From Desulfomonilia bacterium (lineage in GTDB: Bacteria > Desulfobacterota > Desulfomonilia > UBA1062), in NCBI GenBank assembly GCA_963664325.2, contig CAXXDQ010000004.1, positions 128,001 to 192,000 on the forward strand: 64,000 nucleotides of DNA, in the 5' to 3' direction. The translations under genes and the position numbers were made by a program. The notes beneath the pieces were generated by a model that saw only the letters and a program-made list of their open reading frames with translations, had not been told where the DNA came from and did no database searches. Of this stretch, positions 41,471-50,460 are shown in pieces (position 1 is the first letter of the stretch; each line of letters starts with the position of its first letter).

Positions 41471-42424
41471 ATGCGGATACTGGTAACACGAAGCCTTCCG
41501 GGCAATGCGATTGATAAATTGTCTCTTGGTACTGAAATTGAATTATGGAAAAAATCATATCCGATACCTGAAAATGAACTTAAAAAAATGATCAGAGGAA
41601 AAGACGGTCTTCTGTGCCTCCTGACCGATTCAATCACTGCCCAGGTAATGGATTGTGCAGGCGGCAGCTTAAAAATAATCTCCAATTATGCGGTAGGATT
41701 CAATAACATAGACCTTGATGCCGCAAAAGAAAGAGGCATCGTAGTAACCAACACCCCCGGAGTGCTTACGGATGCAACCGCTGACCTGACATGGGCTCTT
41801 CTGTTTGCCGCAGCCAGAAGGATAGCGGAATCGGATGCCTATCTGAGATCAGGCGATTGGACCGGCTGGGACCCTAACCTCATGCTCGGAGCCGATATAA
41901 CCGGGGCAACGCTGGGGGTCGTCGGTGCCGGCAGGATCGGTTCCGCCGTGGCAATGAGGTCGGCAGGGTTCAATATGAAGATTGTTTACACGGATGATAC
42001 GCCGAACGGACTGCTTGAAAAGAAACTCGGCGCAGTCAGGCTTTCCCTCGATGAACTGCTCAGAGTGTCCGATTTCATAACCCTTCACGTGCCTTTGCTG
42101 ACGGCTACCAGACACCTGATAGGAGAAAGGGAATTAAGCCTGATGAAACCCTCCGCCATCATTGTAAACACCTCGCGCGGCCCTGTAATAGATGAGGCGG
42201 CCCTTGCGGAAGCCCTTGAAAAAGGCGTGATCAGGGGGGCCGGCCTTGATGTCTATGAACACGAGCCACAGGTGCATCCGTTGCTTTTAAAACAGAAGAA
42301 TGCCGTGCTTCTTCCCCATATCGCATCCGCCACTAATTCGACCCGTGAAAAGATGGCGCAAATGGCGGTGGATAACTTGATCGCATTCATAAAAGGCGAA
42401 TCGCCTCCCAACAGGGTGGTTTAG
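41471..42424 (+). CDS. D-2-hydroxyacid dehydrogenase (glyoxylate/hydroxypyruvate reductase)
   Basis: AVGFNNID, GAGRIG, NTSRG, DVYEHEP, PHIAS. Confidence 0.9.
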   Translation: MRILVTRSLPGNAIDKLSLGTEIELWKKSYPIPENELKKMIRGKDGLLCLLTDSITAQVMDCAGGSLKIISNYAVGFNNIDLDAAKERGIVVTNTPGVLTDATADLTWALLFAAARRIAESDAYLRSGDWTGWDPNLMLGADITGATLGVVGAGRIGSAVAMRSAGFNMKIVYTDDTPNGLLEKKLGAVRLSLDELLRVSDFITLHVPLLTATRHLIGERELSLMKPSAIIVNTSRGPVIDEAALAEALEKGVIRGAGLDVYEHEPQVHPLLLKQKNAVLLPHIASATNSTREKMAQMAVDNLIAFIKGESPPNRVV

Positions 42425-42713
42425 ATGAAAAGGCAGCTGTCAAGCTGATGAGCCATTAAACTCGTATTTGAGCTGCATCAAATTTTTCAACAAGACCCTT
42501 ACCCATTTTGATATGAAGTATGTACCTCGTTCCAACACCTATACTCTTTCTGAGTCTGCTTTTAATGCATATCTGAGGCAGCGATCCATGATTTATAAAC
42601 TGTCTGAAAATGAAGATATCATCAAGTAATTATGATAACTGTGGCAGTATCCATGCGGTATCCTGACGTATTTATTGCTGTTGGCAACATGGTTAGTCAT
42701 ATTATCATGAACG

Positions 42714-42852
42714 TGCCCAAGTCGCCCAGGGGTTGAGAACCCAACTGTTGTCGTTTATCGCAGGTTCGGGGAGAATGACGGCGGTTTCTATACCTGGCCA
42801 TGACAAAAGGGCAGAGGCAGCGATCCGGCTGAAAACAGCCGGGTCGTTGTCT
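42714..42852 (+). ncRNA. Candidate structured small RNA plus 3' hairpin
   Basis: Upstream TTGGCA-N16-TATCAT; nested stems with many G-U pairs; 17-bp hairpin at 42815-42852. Confidence 0.5.
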
Positions 42853-43037
42853 ATGGCCTGAGATTTAATACTGTTGAGATGCTTTAAAAGAAATAGACCA
42901 TCAAGTAATGTTTATTAAGTTAACGTATGCATGCATACCCAACGGACATTCTCCCGATTTCAGGCCAGAACATCATCAAACGCAAACAGAGATTCCCATA
43001 TCATGACAGTTTAAAAAATTATCTTATCAGTTAAACC

Positions 43038-43086
43038 TTGACATTCTGATTTTTCAGTCCTATCTGATTATACAGATCAGCTGATC
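43038..43086 (+). promoter_or_regulatory. Promoter/operator region with CTGAT palindromes
   Basis: TTGACA at 43038; CTGA-TTTT-TCAG (43046-57), ATCTG-N6-CAGAT (43062-77), GATCAGCTGATC (43075-86). Confidence 0.55.
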
Positions 43087-43105
43087 GAAAGAAAGGAGAA
43101 TAATA

Positions 43106-43378
43106 ATGGCCAAATCGAAAACTGCTTCAGGTTGCTGCTCATCGGAAGGACAAAGCTGCTGCAGGGTTGAATCTCTGATTGCCGTCGATGAGCGCGGGCA
43201 GATGGTCCTTCCAAAGGATCTGCGGGAAAGGGCGGGCATCAAGGCGGGAGACAAACTTGCCCTTATCAGCTTTCAAAAGGATGGCGAGGTTTGCTGCCTG
43301 GCTTTAATGAAGGCTGACAATCTGGCGGAACATGTACAGAACTTTCTGGGCCCGGTAATGGGAAATCTTGCAAAATAA
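43106..43378 (+). CDS. AbrB/MazE-fold regulator with three Cys-Cys pairs (HgcC-like)
   Basis: VDERGQMVLPKDLRERAGIKAGD swapped-hairpin motif; GCC, SCC, VCC. Confidence 0.8.
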   Translation: MAKSKTASGCCSSEGQSCCRVESLIAVDERGQMVLPKDLRERAGIKAGDKLALISFQKDGEVCCLALMKADNLAEHVQNFLGPVMGNLAK

Positions 43379-43394
43379 TAAAGGAGAAAAATCA

Positions 43395-44243
43395 ATGAAT
43401 AGCGATCAGGAAATCAAAAAGGTAGTCAGGGAGAAATATGGCGCCATCGCCAAATCAGCAGGCAAACCGGCATCATCATGCTGTTCGACATCAACGTCAT
43501 CATGCTGCCAGGGTCAATCCACCGCCGAAAACGTCAGTTCCAGGATAGGATACAGCAGTGAAGACATTAAATCAGTCCCTCAGGGCTCAAACCTCGGGCT
43601 TGGCTGCGGAAACCCCGTGGCTCTGGCTTCTCTCAAGGAAGGCGAGACCGTGATCGACCTTGGTTCCGGCGCAGGGTTCGACTGCTTCCTTGCCTCGGCA
43701 AAGGTCGGGGATTCCGGGAAGGTCATAGGCATCGACATGACTGCCGAAATGCTTGAAAAGGCGCGACATAACGCAGCCACCGGCGGGTATAAAAACGTCG
43801 ATTTCCGTCTAGGTGAGATCGAGCATCTGCCGGTTGCTGACGCCACAGGCGACATTATCATATCAAACTGCGTCATCAACCTTTCGACAGACAAACCCCA
43901 GGTGTTCAGGGAGGCATTCAGGACTCTGAAGCCGGGCGGCAGGCTCATGGTGTCGGACATGGTTCTGCAGGAAGAGCTCCCGGATGTGGTCAAGAATTCC
44001 ATAGAAGCCTATGCGGGTTGTGTGGCGGGCGCCATGCTTAAAGATGATTATCTCAAGGCGGTCGAACAGGCAGGCTTCACTGATATCAAGGTTATGGATG
44101 AAACAAGCTTTCCATTCGATCTCATCGAAAGCGATCCGATCGTGAAGGAAGCGGCCGTTTCATTGAATCTCGATAAGATCGAGCTCAAGAGGCTCAATTC
44201 AATGGTCAAGAGCATCAAGCTTTATGCGATGAAACCGGCATAA
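43395..44243 (+). CDS. arsM: Arsenite S-adenosylmethionine methyltransferase
   Basis: LGLGCGNP, DLGSGAGFD, ISNCVINL, AGCVAGA; Cys-rich N-terminus. Confidence 0.93.
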   Translation: MNSDQEIKKVVREKYGAIAKSAGKPASSCCSTSTSSCCQGQSTAENVSSRIGYSSEDIKSVPQGSNLGLGCGNPVALASLKEGETVIDLGSGAGFDCFLASAKVGDSGKVIGIDMTAEMLEKARHNAATGGYKNVDFRLGEIEHLPVADATGDIIISNCVINLSTDKPQVFREAFRTLKPGGRLMVSDMVLQEELPDVVKNSIEAYAGCVAGAMLKDDYLKAVEQAGFTDIKVMDETSFPFDLIESDPIVKEAAVSLNLDKIELKRLNSMVKSIKLYAMKPA

Positions 44244-44264
44244 ATAAAAAAGGAGGTATGACTT

Positions 44265-44843
44265 ATGAAACTCTCACTTCCTGCAAACACCATATTGCTG
44301 CCCTCACCGGTGATGATCATCGGAACATATGGCGCTGACGGCAAACCCAACATCATGAATGCGGCATGGGGAGGGATAGCATCGAGCAAGCCTCCCTGCG
44401 TAAGCGTCTCTCTCAGGGAGGCGACGCTTACCTATCACAACATAAAGCGCTCAAAGGCGTTCACAGTGAATATCCCTTCCGAAAGGTTTGTGAAAGAGGC
44501 CGATTTCGCCGGAATGGTCTCAGGAAAAAATCATGACAAATTCAAGGAGACCGGCCTTACCCCTGAAAAAAGCAAACTGGTCAATGCCCCTATAGTTAAA
44601 GAATTTCCATATGCCCTTGAATGCAAGCTTATCAAAGAAATTGATCTTGGCATGCACACAATGTTCATAGGCGAAATACTCGGAATGGCTGCCGATGACG
44701 ATATACTTAGCCCCGGTCAGATTCCTGATATAGAAAAAGTCAGACCGGTGCTGTTTGGCTCATTCGGGAGCCTGGCTTATTACGGGGTCGGGGAAAAGGC
44801 GGGTGAAGCATTCTCGGCAGGAAAGGAAATACAGAGGAGCTGA
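44265..44843 (+). CDS. Flavin reductase / flavoredoxin family protein
   Basis: PNIMNAAWG, FTVNIP, LECKL, HTMFIGE. Confidence 0.88.
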   Translation: MKLSLPANTILLPSPVMIIGTYGADGKPNIMNAAWGGIASSKPPCVSVSLREATLTYHNIKRSKAFTVNIPSERFVKEADFAGMVSGKNHDKFKETGLTPEKSKLVNAPIVKEFPYALECKLIKEIDLGMHTMFIGEILGMAADDDILSPGQIPDIEKVRPVLFGSFGSLAYYGVGEKAGEAFSAGKEIQRS

Positions 44844-44911
44844 AACACCGGAAATTCGAGACAAGGTCTTTTCTTATAATATTGACCGGCAGATGCGCTT
44901 TATGAACGAAA

Positions 44912-44977
44912 GGCCGATCAGCCTGCAAGCCGGAAAGCGCCGGCAGGGTTTCATGTTTTGCTTAACAGCTTATCGGC
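44912..44977. terminator. Imperfect long hairpin between convergent genes
   Basis: GCCGATCAGC…GCTTATCGGC outer stem; inner GCCGG-AAAGCG-CCGGC. Confidence 0.45.
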
Positions 44978-44996
44978 TACTGGCTAATCAGCTTTT

Positions 44997-46220
44997 CTAA
45001 AATTCCAGCACTCTGGCCAGTTTGTAGAAATCGCTGTCCTTTTCAATGAACTTGAGTCTGGTCAGCCCGGTCCTGGGGTCGATGAGCTCCGTGAACGGCA
45101 CATATTTAAGGCTCATCTGTTCGCCGAGGCTGATCATGACACCGTTAAGGCCTTCTTCGGCAATGGCCCGGCATGCGCCGACCCCGAGCTGGCTTGCCAT
45201 GATGACATCATATCCGTTGGGTGCGGTGCACCTCGTCTCATAGCCGATCTGTTTGGGGATGAACTTCACCTTGTCCCCGGTCCTTTTCTTATGGACCTCG
45301 GCAAGCCTCTCGCAGAGCATTTTGCCGATTTCCAGGTTCGTCAGAACCGCATTCCCGTGGGTGTCTATCTCTTTCATCCGTATTTCATCGGGCAGCTTGT
45401 CGGCAACCCCTTCGGCAATACAGACGACGCCGAAGTCAAGGCCGGCCTTTTTCCTCGCTTCGACAAGCCTTGAAATATCGGCGGCGAGTCTGTCAATATC
45501 AAGTACATCTTCCGTAATGTCTTCAACCGAAATCATTTTCGGGGCCTCGGCCATCATGGCGGCGGCATATGTCAGCCAGCCCGCCTTTCTACCCATTATC
45601 TCGGCTATGAACCAGCTCCCCGAAGTGAAGCTGTCGGCCATCAGGTTCCTGATATTGAGCGAGGCATGCTCCGCCGCGGAAAAAAAGCCGAAGGTCCAGT
45701 CGATGCCCTGGTAGTCGTTATCTATCGTTTTCGGGACATGTACGACCTGCACCGGCCTCAAACCCTTGACCTCTTTCTGAATCCGGTAGAGATAGTTGGC
45801 CGTCTTCAGGGTATCGTCACCGCCTATGGAAACCCACCCGTCGATCTTCATGTCTTCGAAGGCGTTGAAGATGTTTACAAGTCTGGCATTTTTTACCGGG
45901 TCTTTCAGGTCAGACCATTTTTTTATGTCTCCGCCGGGGTTTGCACGGGAATTATGTATGACAACGCCCTGCGAATTCCGCAGCTCGCGGATGACATCAA
46001 AATCGATGTCGATATAGTGCCTGCCCTTGACGAGTCCTTTTGCCCTGCTGTAGTTCTCGATAAACTTGTAACCGTAAAGAAATCCTGTGACTTTTATTCC
46101 GCTTTTCAGGCACGCCGCGGCAACCGCTGAAATTACCGTATTTGCCGCAGGGGCAGGACCGCCGGAAAAAACAATCCCTATATGTTTTATGATTGAAGCC
46201 TGTTTGACCCTCTTTGTCAT
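44997..46220 (-). CDS. pfkA: Phosphofructokinase, probably PPi-dependent
   Basis: SGGPAP, GGDDT, PKTIDND, MGR, GYETR. Confidence 0.88.
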   Translation of the reverse strand: MTKRVKQASIIKHIGIVFSGGPAPAANTVISAVAAACLKSGIKVTGFLYGYKFIENYSRAKGLVKGRHYIDIDFDVIRELRNSQGVVIHNSRANPGGDIKKWSDLKDPVKNARLVNIFNAFEDMKIDGWVSIGGDDTLKTANYLYRIQKEVKGLRPVQVVHVPKTIDNDYQGIDWTFGFFSAAEHASLNIRNLMADSFTSGSWFIAEIMGRKAGWLTYAAAMMAEAPKMISVEDITEDVLDIDRLAADISRLVEARKKAGLDFGVVCIAEGVADKLPDEIRMKEIDTHGNAVLTNLEIGKMLCERLAEVHKKRTGDKVKFIPKQIGYETRCTAPNGYDVIMASQLGVGACRAIAEEGLNGVMISLGEQMSLKYVPFTELIDPRTGLTRLKFIEKDSDFYKLARVLEF

Positions 46221-46333
46221 CTCACTTGCCTCCCGGATATTGCAATATCTGGGCTATAAGCATTAATTCCCCAAAAAACAAGGTGGACTTTTTATTGAAG
46301 ATGGCCTTCCAAAATGCTAAAGTGTCCTTACTT

Positions 46334-47017
46334 ATGGAAAATTCGGAAAATACAGAAAAAAAACGCATTCTGATTGTCGATGACGAGGAAATCATCAGGT
46401 ATTCCCTGGTGAACATTCTTAAAGGCTACGGATATGACGCGATCGATGTGAGCTCCGGCGACGAGGCCATAAAGCTGATGAGCGAACAGAGGATCCACCT
46501 TGTCCTGTCCGATCTTGTAATGGAGGATATGGACGGCCTTCAGCTCCTCGAAAATGTAAAGCTTGTATCACCGCGAACCATAGTTATCATCATTACGGGC
46601 TATGGCTCGCTTAAAACGGCTGTATCGGCTCTCAGGCTAGGGGCCTATGATTACCTGCTGAAGCCGTGCGACGAAGAAGAACTCCTGTTCCGTGTAAAGC
46701 GCGCTCTGGAGATGCAGAGCTTCGGCGATGAGCAGAGACGGATTCAGGAAATAAGCGCCATAGCCAAGACAACGATCACCCTTTCGGATAAAATCAATAC
46801 GCCTCTCAATATAATCCTCGGGAATGTGGAAATGCTTCAGCTTCTCTTCAAGGAAGTCAACAACGACAAGGTAAGGAAAACCCTCGGGACAATGGAAAAG
46901 CAGATATTTATCATCAAAGAAGTTATGGAAAAGCTTGCAAAGCTTACCAATGCCGAAACCAGGAAATATACTTCCTTTTCCGACTATGAAATTATAAATC
47001 TTCCCGACGAAAAATAA
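46334..47017 (+). CDS. Response regulator with a degenerate HisKA-like C-terminus
   Basis: REC (VDDE, SDLVM, TGYG, KP); then LSDKINTPLNIILGN. Confidence 0.85.
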   Translation: MENSENTEKKRILIVDDEEIIRYSLVNILKGYGYDAIDVSSGDEAIKLMSEQRIHLVLSDLVMEDMDGLQLLENVKLVSPRTIVIIITGYGSLKTAVSALRLGAYDYLLKPCDEEELLFRVKRALEMQSFGDEQRRIQEISAIAKTTITLSDKINTPLNIILGNVEMLQLLFKEVNNDKVRKTLGTMEKQIFIIKEVMEKLAKLTNAETRKYTSFSDYEIINLPDEK

Positions 47018-47020
47018 GCT

Positions 47021-47416
47021 ATGCTCGAACAGCCTAAAATATTGATTGTGGATGATTCGCAGGAACTCCTGGATGTAATCTGCGAATATATGGAAACATC
47101 AGGATTTACTGTACATGCAACGACGCAGAGCCTGGACGCCCTGAGACTTATTGCAGTAACCGGATACGATGTAGTAATATCGGATATACATATGCCTGAA
47201 ATGGACGGGCTTGAATTGATGGCCCAGATAAAAAGCAAGCATCCGGGTCTGCCTGTCGTACTTATAACAGGCTACAGCGTAAGCGAGGCAAGGAAGATTG
47301 CGATGGAAAAGGGTGCGGATGCCTTTGTTGCCAAACCGTTCCATATGAAAGAAATACTTGATGTCGTAAATAACCTGCTGAACAGAAAAAAACTGAGCAC
47401 TACATGGGAGGACTGA
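47021..47416 (+). CDS. Single-domain response regulator
   Basis: VDDS, SDIHMPEMDG, TGY, KPF. Confidence 0.9.
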   Translation: MLEQPKILIVDDSQELLDVICEYMETSGFTVHATTQSLDALRLIAVTGYDVVISDIHMPEMDGLELMAQIKSKHPGLPVVLITGYSVSEARKIAMEKGADAFVAKPFHMKEILDVVNNLLNRKKLSTTWED

Positions 47417-47420
47417 CTTT

Positions 47421-47879
47421 ATGGCTAAGCAGAAGGTAAAAAAACCCAGAAGGATCTTGTGTTATATAGATCTCAGCAAAAGCAGCAAATACATCATTGA
47501 ATACGCAAAACAGATATCAGACCTGACCGGAGCGGAGATATATTTCCTTCATACGATATCCGACCTTGGCAAGTTTGCAGGGTTTTATGTCCCGCACATG
47601 AGCACGGACGGCCTTTCCAGCGAGATGCTGAAGGGTGCCAGAGACAAGCTTTATGCCGTCTGCATGCAGACTATCGGTGAAGTCGACATCTCGAGGCGGA
47701 TTGTAAAAGAGGGTGACCCCGTGGAAGCCATTTATGAGGAAATAGACCGGCTCGGGGCCGACCTCCTGATAATCGGCCATGATTTCAAGACCTTTTCATT
47801 CTTCAAGGAAGACTATGTGAGCCGGTATCTGAAAGCCCCGTCATGCCCGATTCTCGTCATACCGGTCAGCGGAGAATAA
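47421..47879 (+). CDS. Universal stress protein
   Basis: ILCYIDLS, GDPVEAI, ADLLIIG, PILVIP. Confidence 0.85.
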   Translation: MAKQKVKKPRRILCYIDLSKSSKYIIEYAKQISDLTGAEIYFLHTISDLGKFAGFYVPHMSTDGLSSEMLKGARDKLYAVCMQTIGEVDISRRIVKEGDPVEAIYEEIDRLGADLLIIGHDFKTFSFFKEDYVSRYLKAPSCPILVIPVSGE

Positions 47880-48504
47880 CGGTTTTCATAAGAAAGGATA
47901 AAAAGGGCTTGTCCGGGCTGCCGTCGATTTGGATCACGACAAGCCCCTTTTTATCAAAAATTAGCCCCATCTGTTTTGTCGAAGAAAGGAAGCCGATCCC
48001 GTTTACGCCTTCAGGCAGAATTATGCAGGCCTTTTCATCTCCCCTCATCCACCTGGGGACAATCTCGGCCCTGACCCCCAGGAACAGGGGATTATAGCGC
48101 TTTTCAAAGACGGCTCTGACTATTTCAGCAGTGCTTTTCGAGGATACGTTTCCGAGCATCATCCTGGAAAGCGGTTTGTCAAGCGAGGCCTTAAGCCGTT
48201 TTTCATATCCGTTGTCTTTGCCTTCCGAGATCAGTCCTGAAACACGTTTTGGTAGTGAAAAAAATCTTATCGAATTGTTCACTGTCTCATGACTCATATC
48301 AACTGGAATACAGGCCTCGATCAGGTCCGATCTGACATGGACGCATTGATTGATGACGGGTTTGATAATTTCAGGTTCAAGCATCAGTTCGGGCGTTACT
48401 CTGAAGGCACGGCTGATATAAAGGGCATAACAGCAAAAGAGAATGATGATGAACCCGGCGAGGAATCTTGTCTGAACGTTTCCCGAGCGAAATTTCAGAA
48501 CCAT
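47866..48504 (-). CDS. Hypothetical membrane-anchored protein
   Basis: 212-aa ORF with an N-terminal TM; coupled to the upstream ORF. Confidence 0.6.
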   Translation of the reverse strand: MVLKFRSGNVQTRFLAGFIIILFCCYALYISRAFRVTPELMLEPEIIKPVINQCVHVRSDLIEACIPVDMSHETVNNSIRFFSLPKRVSGLISEGKDNGYEKRLKASLDKPLSRMMLGNVSSKSTAEIVRAVFEKRYNPLFLGVRAEIVPRWMRGDEKACIILPEGVNGIGFLSSTKQMGLIFDKKGLVVIQIDGSPDKPFLSFLMKTVILR

Positions 48505-48752
48505 TTCGGCTTGATTGGTTTGTCTGAAAACACCATGCGGCCCGACTGCATTTCATTGTCCTGTTCATGTGCAACTCCGGGCGGCCTTGGAATTTCCAGG
48601 GGTAATGGATGCAATTCGTCATCAGGCTTTTCATTCGCGGTGCTTATCTGTTTTGACCCTAATTTTTTTCCAAGCAGTTTCATTATCATCGGTGCGAGAA
48701 GAAAAACCGCCACAATGATTATGGAGATCAGATTGCTTTCTTTGCCTTCCAT
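48495..48752 (-). CDS. Small membrane-anchored hypothetical protein
   Basis: N-terminal TM, C-terminal KPIKPKWF; preceded by TG-A-TAGAAT. Confidence 0.6.
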   Translation of the reverse strand: MEGKESNLISIIIVAVFLLAPMIMKLLGKKLGSKQISTANEKPDDELHPLPLEIPRPPGVAHEQDNEMQSGRMVFSDKPIKPKWF

Positions 48753-48775
48753 GATCCTATTCTATCACAAAACAT

Positions 48776-49870
48776 TCACAAGTCATATCTGGTTTTCAAA
48801 CGCGACTGCCTCTCAAATCTTTCAAGCGCCAGACTGATAAGCCGCTCAACAAGCTCTCCATAAGATATGCCGCTGGCTTCCCATAGCTTTGGATACATGC
48901 TTATCCTGGTGAATCCGGGTATCGTGTTTATCTCGTTTACGATTATCTCGCCGTCCGCCTTAAGGAAAAAATCCACCCGTGCCATGCCTTCGCAAGAGAG
49001 CGCCTCAAAGACTTTTTTTGCCGTATTACGGAACCCGGCAATCTCCTCTTCGGACAGCCTGGCGGGAATTTCCAGGATTGCGCCGTTTTCGTCAATGTAT
49101 TTGGCCTCGTAGGAATAGAACTCGTGTCTGGGGATTATTTCTCCCGGTATCGAGACAATGGGGTCGTCATTCCCAAGGACCGAGCATTCTATCTCCCTGC
49201 CGGCAATGCACTCTTCAACCAGGACTTTCATGTCGTATTCAAATGCCTTTTTGATTCCGGAGAGAAATTCCTCTTCGCAATCCGCTTTGCTTACACCGAC
49301 TGAGGAGCCCATGTTTGCCGGTTTGATAAAAAGAGGCAGCCCGAGTTTTTCTTTCGCAGTCTTGAAATCGGCCTCGGCTTCCTTTTTAATGGTGATGAAA
49401 TCGGCAACCCTGATCCCGGCATCTCTGAGAAGCCTTTTCGCCACATCCTTGTCCATCCCGACCGCAGAGCCCAGGACTCCTGCGCCCACAAAAGGGATCC
49501 CTGCCAGTTTCAGCATGCCCTGGATCGTGCCGTCCTCGCCATAGGTGCCGTGCAGCACGGGGAATACGACGTCCAGACGGCCTATTCCGGTTTCACCAGC
49601 GGTATTGACAAGCTGCCTGCCGCTTTCACCCGGAACAAGGGCCAGTTCATTACCTGTACTGTTGAGGGCAATGAGTCTGGGGTCGTTTTCATTGAGCAGG
49701 TATTTCGTTTCATCCTTTAAATACCACCTGCCCTCTTTATCCATGCCTATAAGGACAACTTCATATTTGTCCCTGTTGATGGCCGCAATAACGTTTTTTG
49801 CAGACTGCAGCGATACCTCATGCTCTGCCGAGCGGCCGCCGAATATCACTCCGACTCTGATTTTTTTCAT
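48776..49870 (-). CDS. ddlA: D-alanine--D-alanine ligase A
   Basis: [38 protein letters not shown]. Confidence 0.96.
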   Translation of the reverse strand: MKKIRVGVIFGGRSAEHEVSLQSAKNVIAAINRDKYEVVLIGMDKEGRWYLKDETKYLLNENDPRLIALNSTGNELALVPGESGRQLVNTAGETGIGRLDVVFPVLHGTYGEDGTIQGMLKLAGIPFVGAGVLGSAVGMDKDVAKRLLRDAGIRVADFITIKKEAEADFKTAKEKLGLPLFIKPANMGSSVGVSKADCEEEFLSGIKKAFEYDMKVLVEECIAGREIECSVLGNDDPIVSIPGEIIPRHEFYSYEAKYIDENGAILEIPARLSEEEIAGFRNTAKKVFEALSCEGMARVDFFLKADGEIIVNEINTIPGFTRISMYPKLWEASGISYGELVERLISLALERFERQSRLKTRYDL

Positions 49871-50457
49871 ATATGATCCCTTTTTATCCCGATGGATTTA
49901 TCTATCGCATCCCATACCCCGGCAAGCCCTGACCGGTCTACCGATGATACTGCAATCACTTCAGCGGAGGAAGAAGCCTTGAGGGCTGCCGCAAGCCCTA
50001 TCTTCTCCGAGGTGTTTACCTTGTCGGCTTTCGTGGCGGCAACGAGCACCCTGACGCCCATTCTTGATGCAATATTGATGAGCATTCTTTCTTCCTTATC
50101 TATACCACGTCTGATGTCCATTACGATTATCAGGAGTTTCAGGCCTGTATTGCCCGAGAAATAGCGCCTTGCCAGGCCGTCCCATTCGGACTTCATGCCC
50201 TTTGCGATCCTGGCATAACCGTAGCCCGGCATGTCTACCATGTAGATCGCGGGCAATTCGACCGTTTCGACAATGAAGTAATTGATGTTGCGCGTCTTGC
50301 CTGGTACCTTGCTTGTCTGGACAAGGTTTTTCCTGCCGAGCAGGGCGTTTATCAGCGAGGACTTCCCTGCATTCGAACGGCCCGAAAAGGCGATCTCGGG
50401 CAGAAGTTCCCGAATGTCATGAACTGTCCCTGCATAATCAGCGCGTTTTATCTTCAC
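49867..50457 (-). CDS. engB: Ribosome biogenesis GTPase YihA/EngB
   Basis: [23 protein letters not shown]. Confidence 0.92.
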   Translation of the reverse strand: MKIKRADYAGTVHDIRELLPEIAFSGRSNAGKSSLINALLGRKNLVQTSKVPGKTRNINYFIVETVELPAIYMVDMPGYGYARIAKGMKSEWDGLARRYFSGNTGLKLLIIVMDIRRGIDKEERMLINIASRMGVRVLVAATKADKVNTSEKIGLAAALKASSSAEVIAVSSVDRSGLAGVWDAIDKSIGIKRDHI

Positions 50458-50460
50458 TTT

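Noticed and set aside
42750-42800. ZTP or other known riboswitch (CAGGT…CGGGGAG, CCTGG)
   Set aside because: Lacks the GACTGGCG and CGCCTGGGC core in the right order, and there is no purine/folate gene downstream
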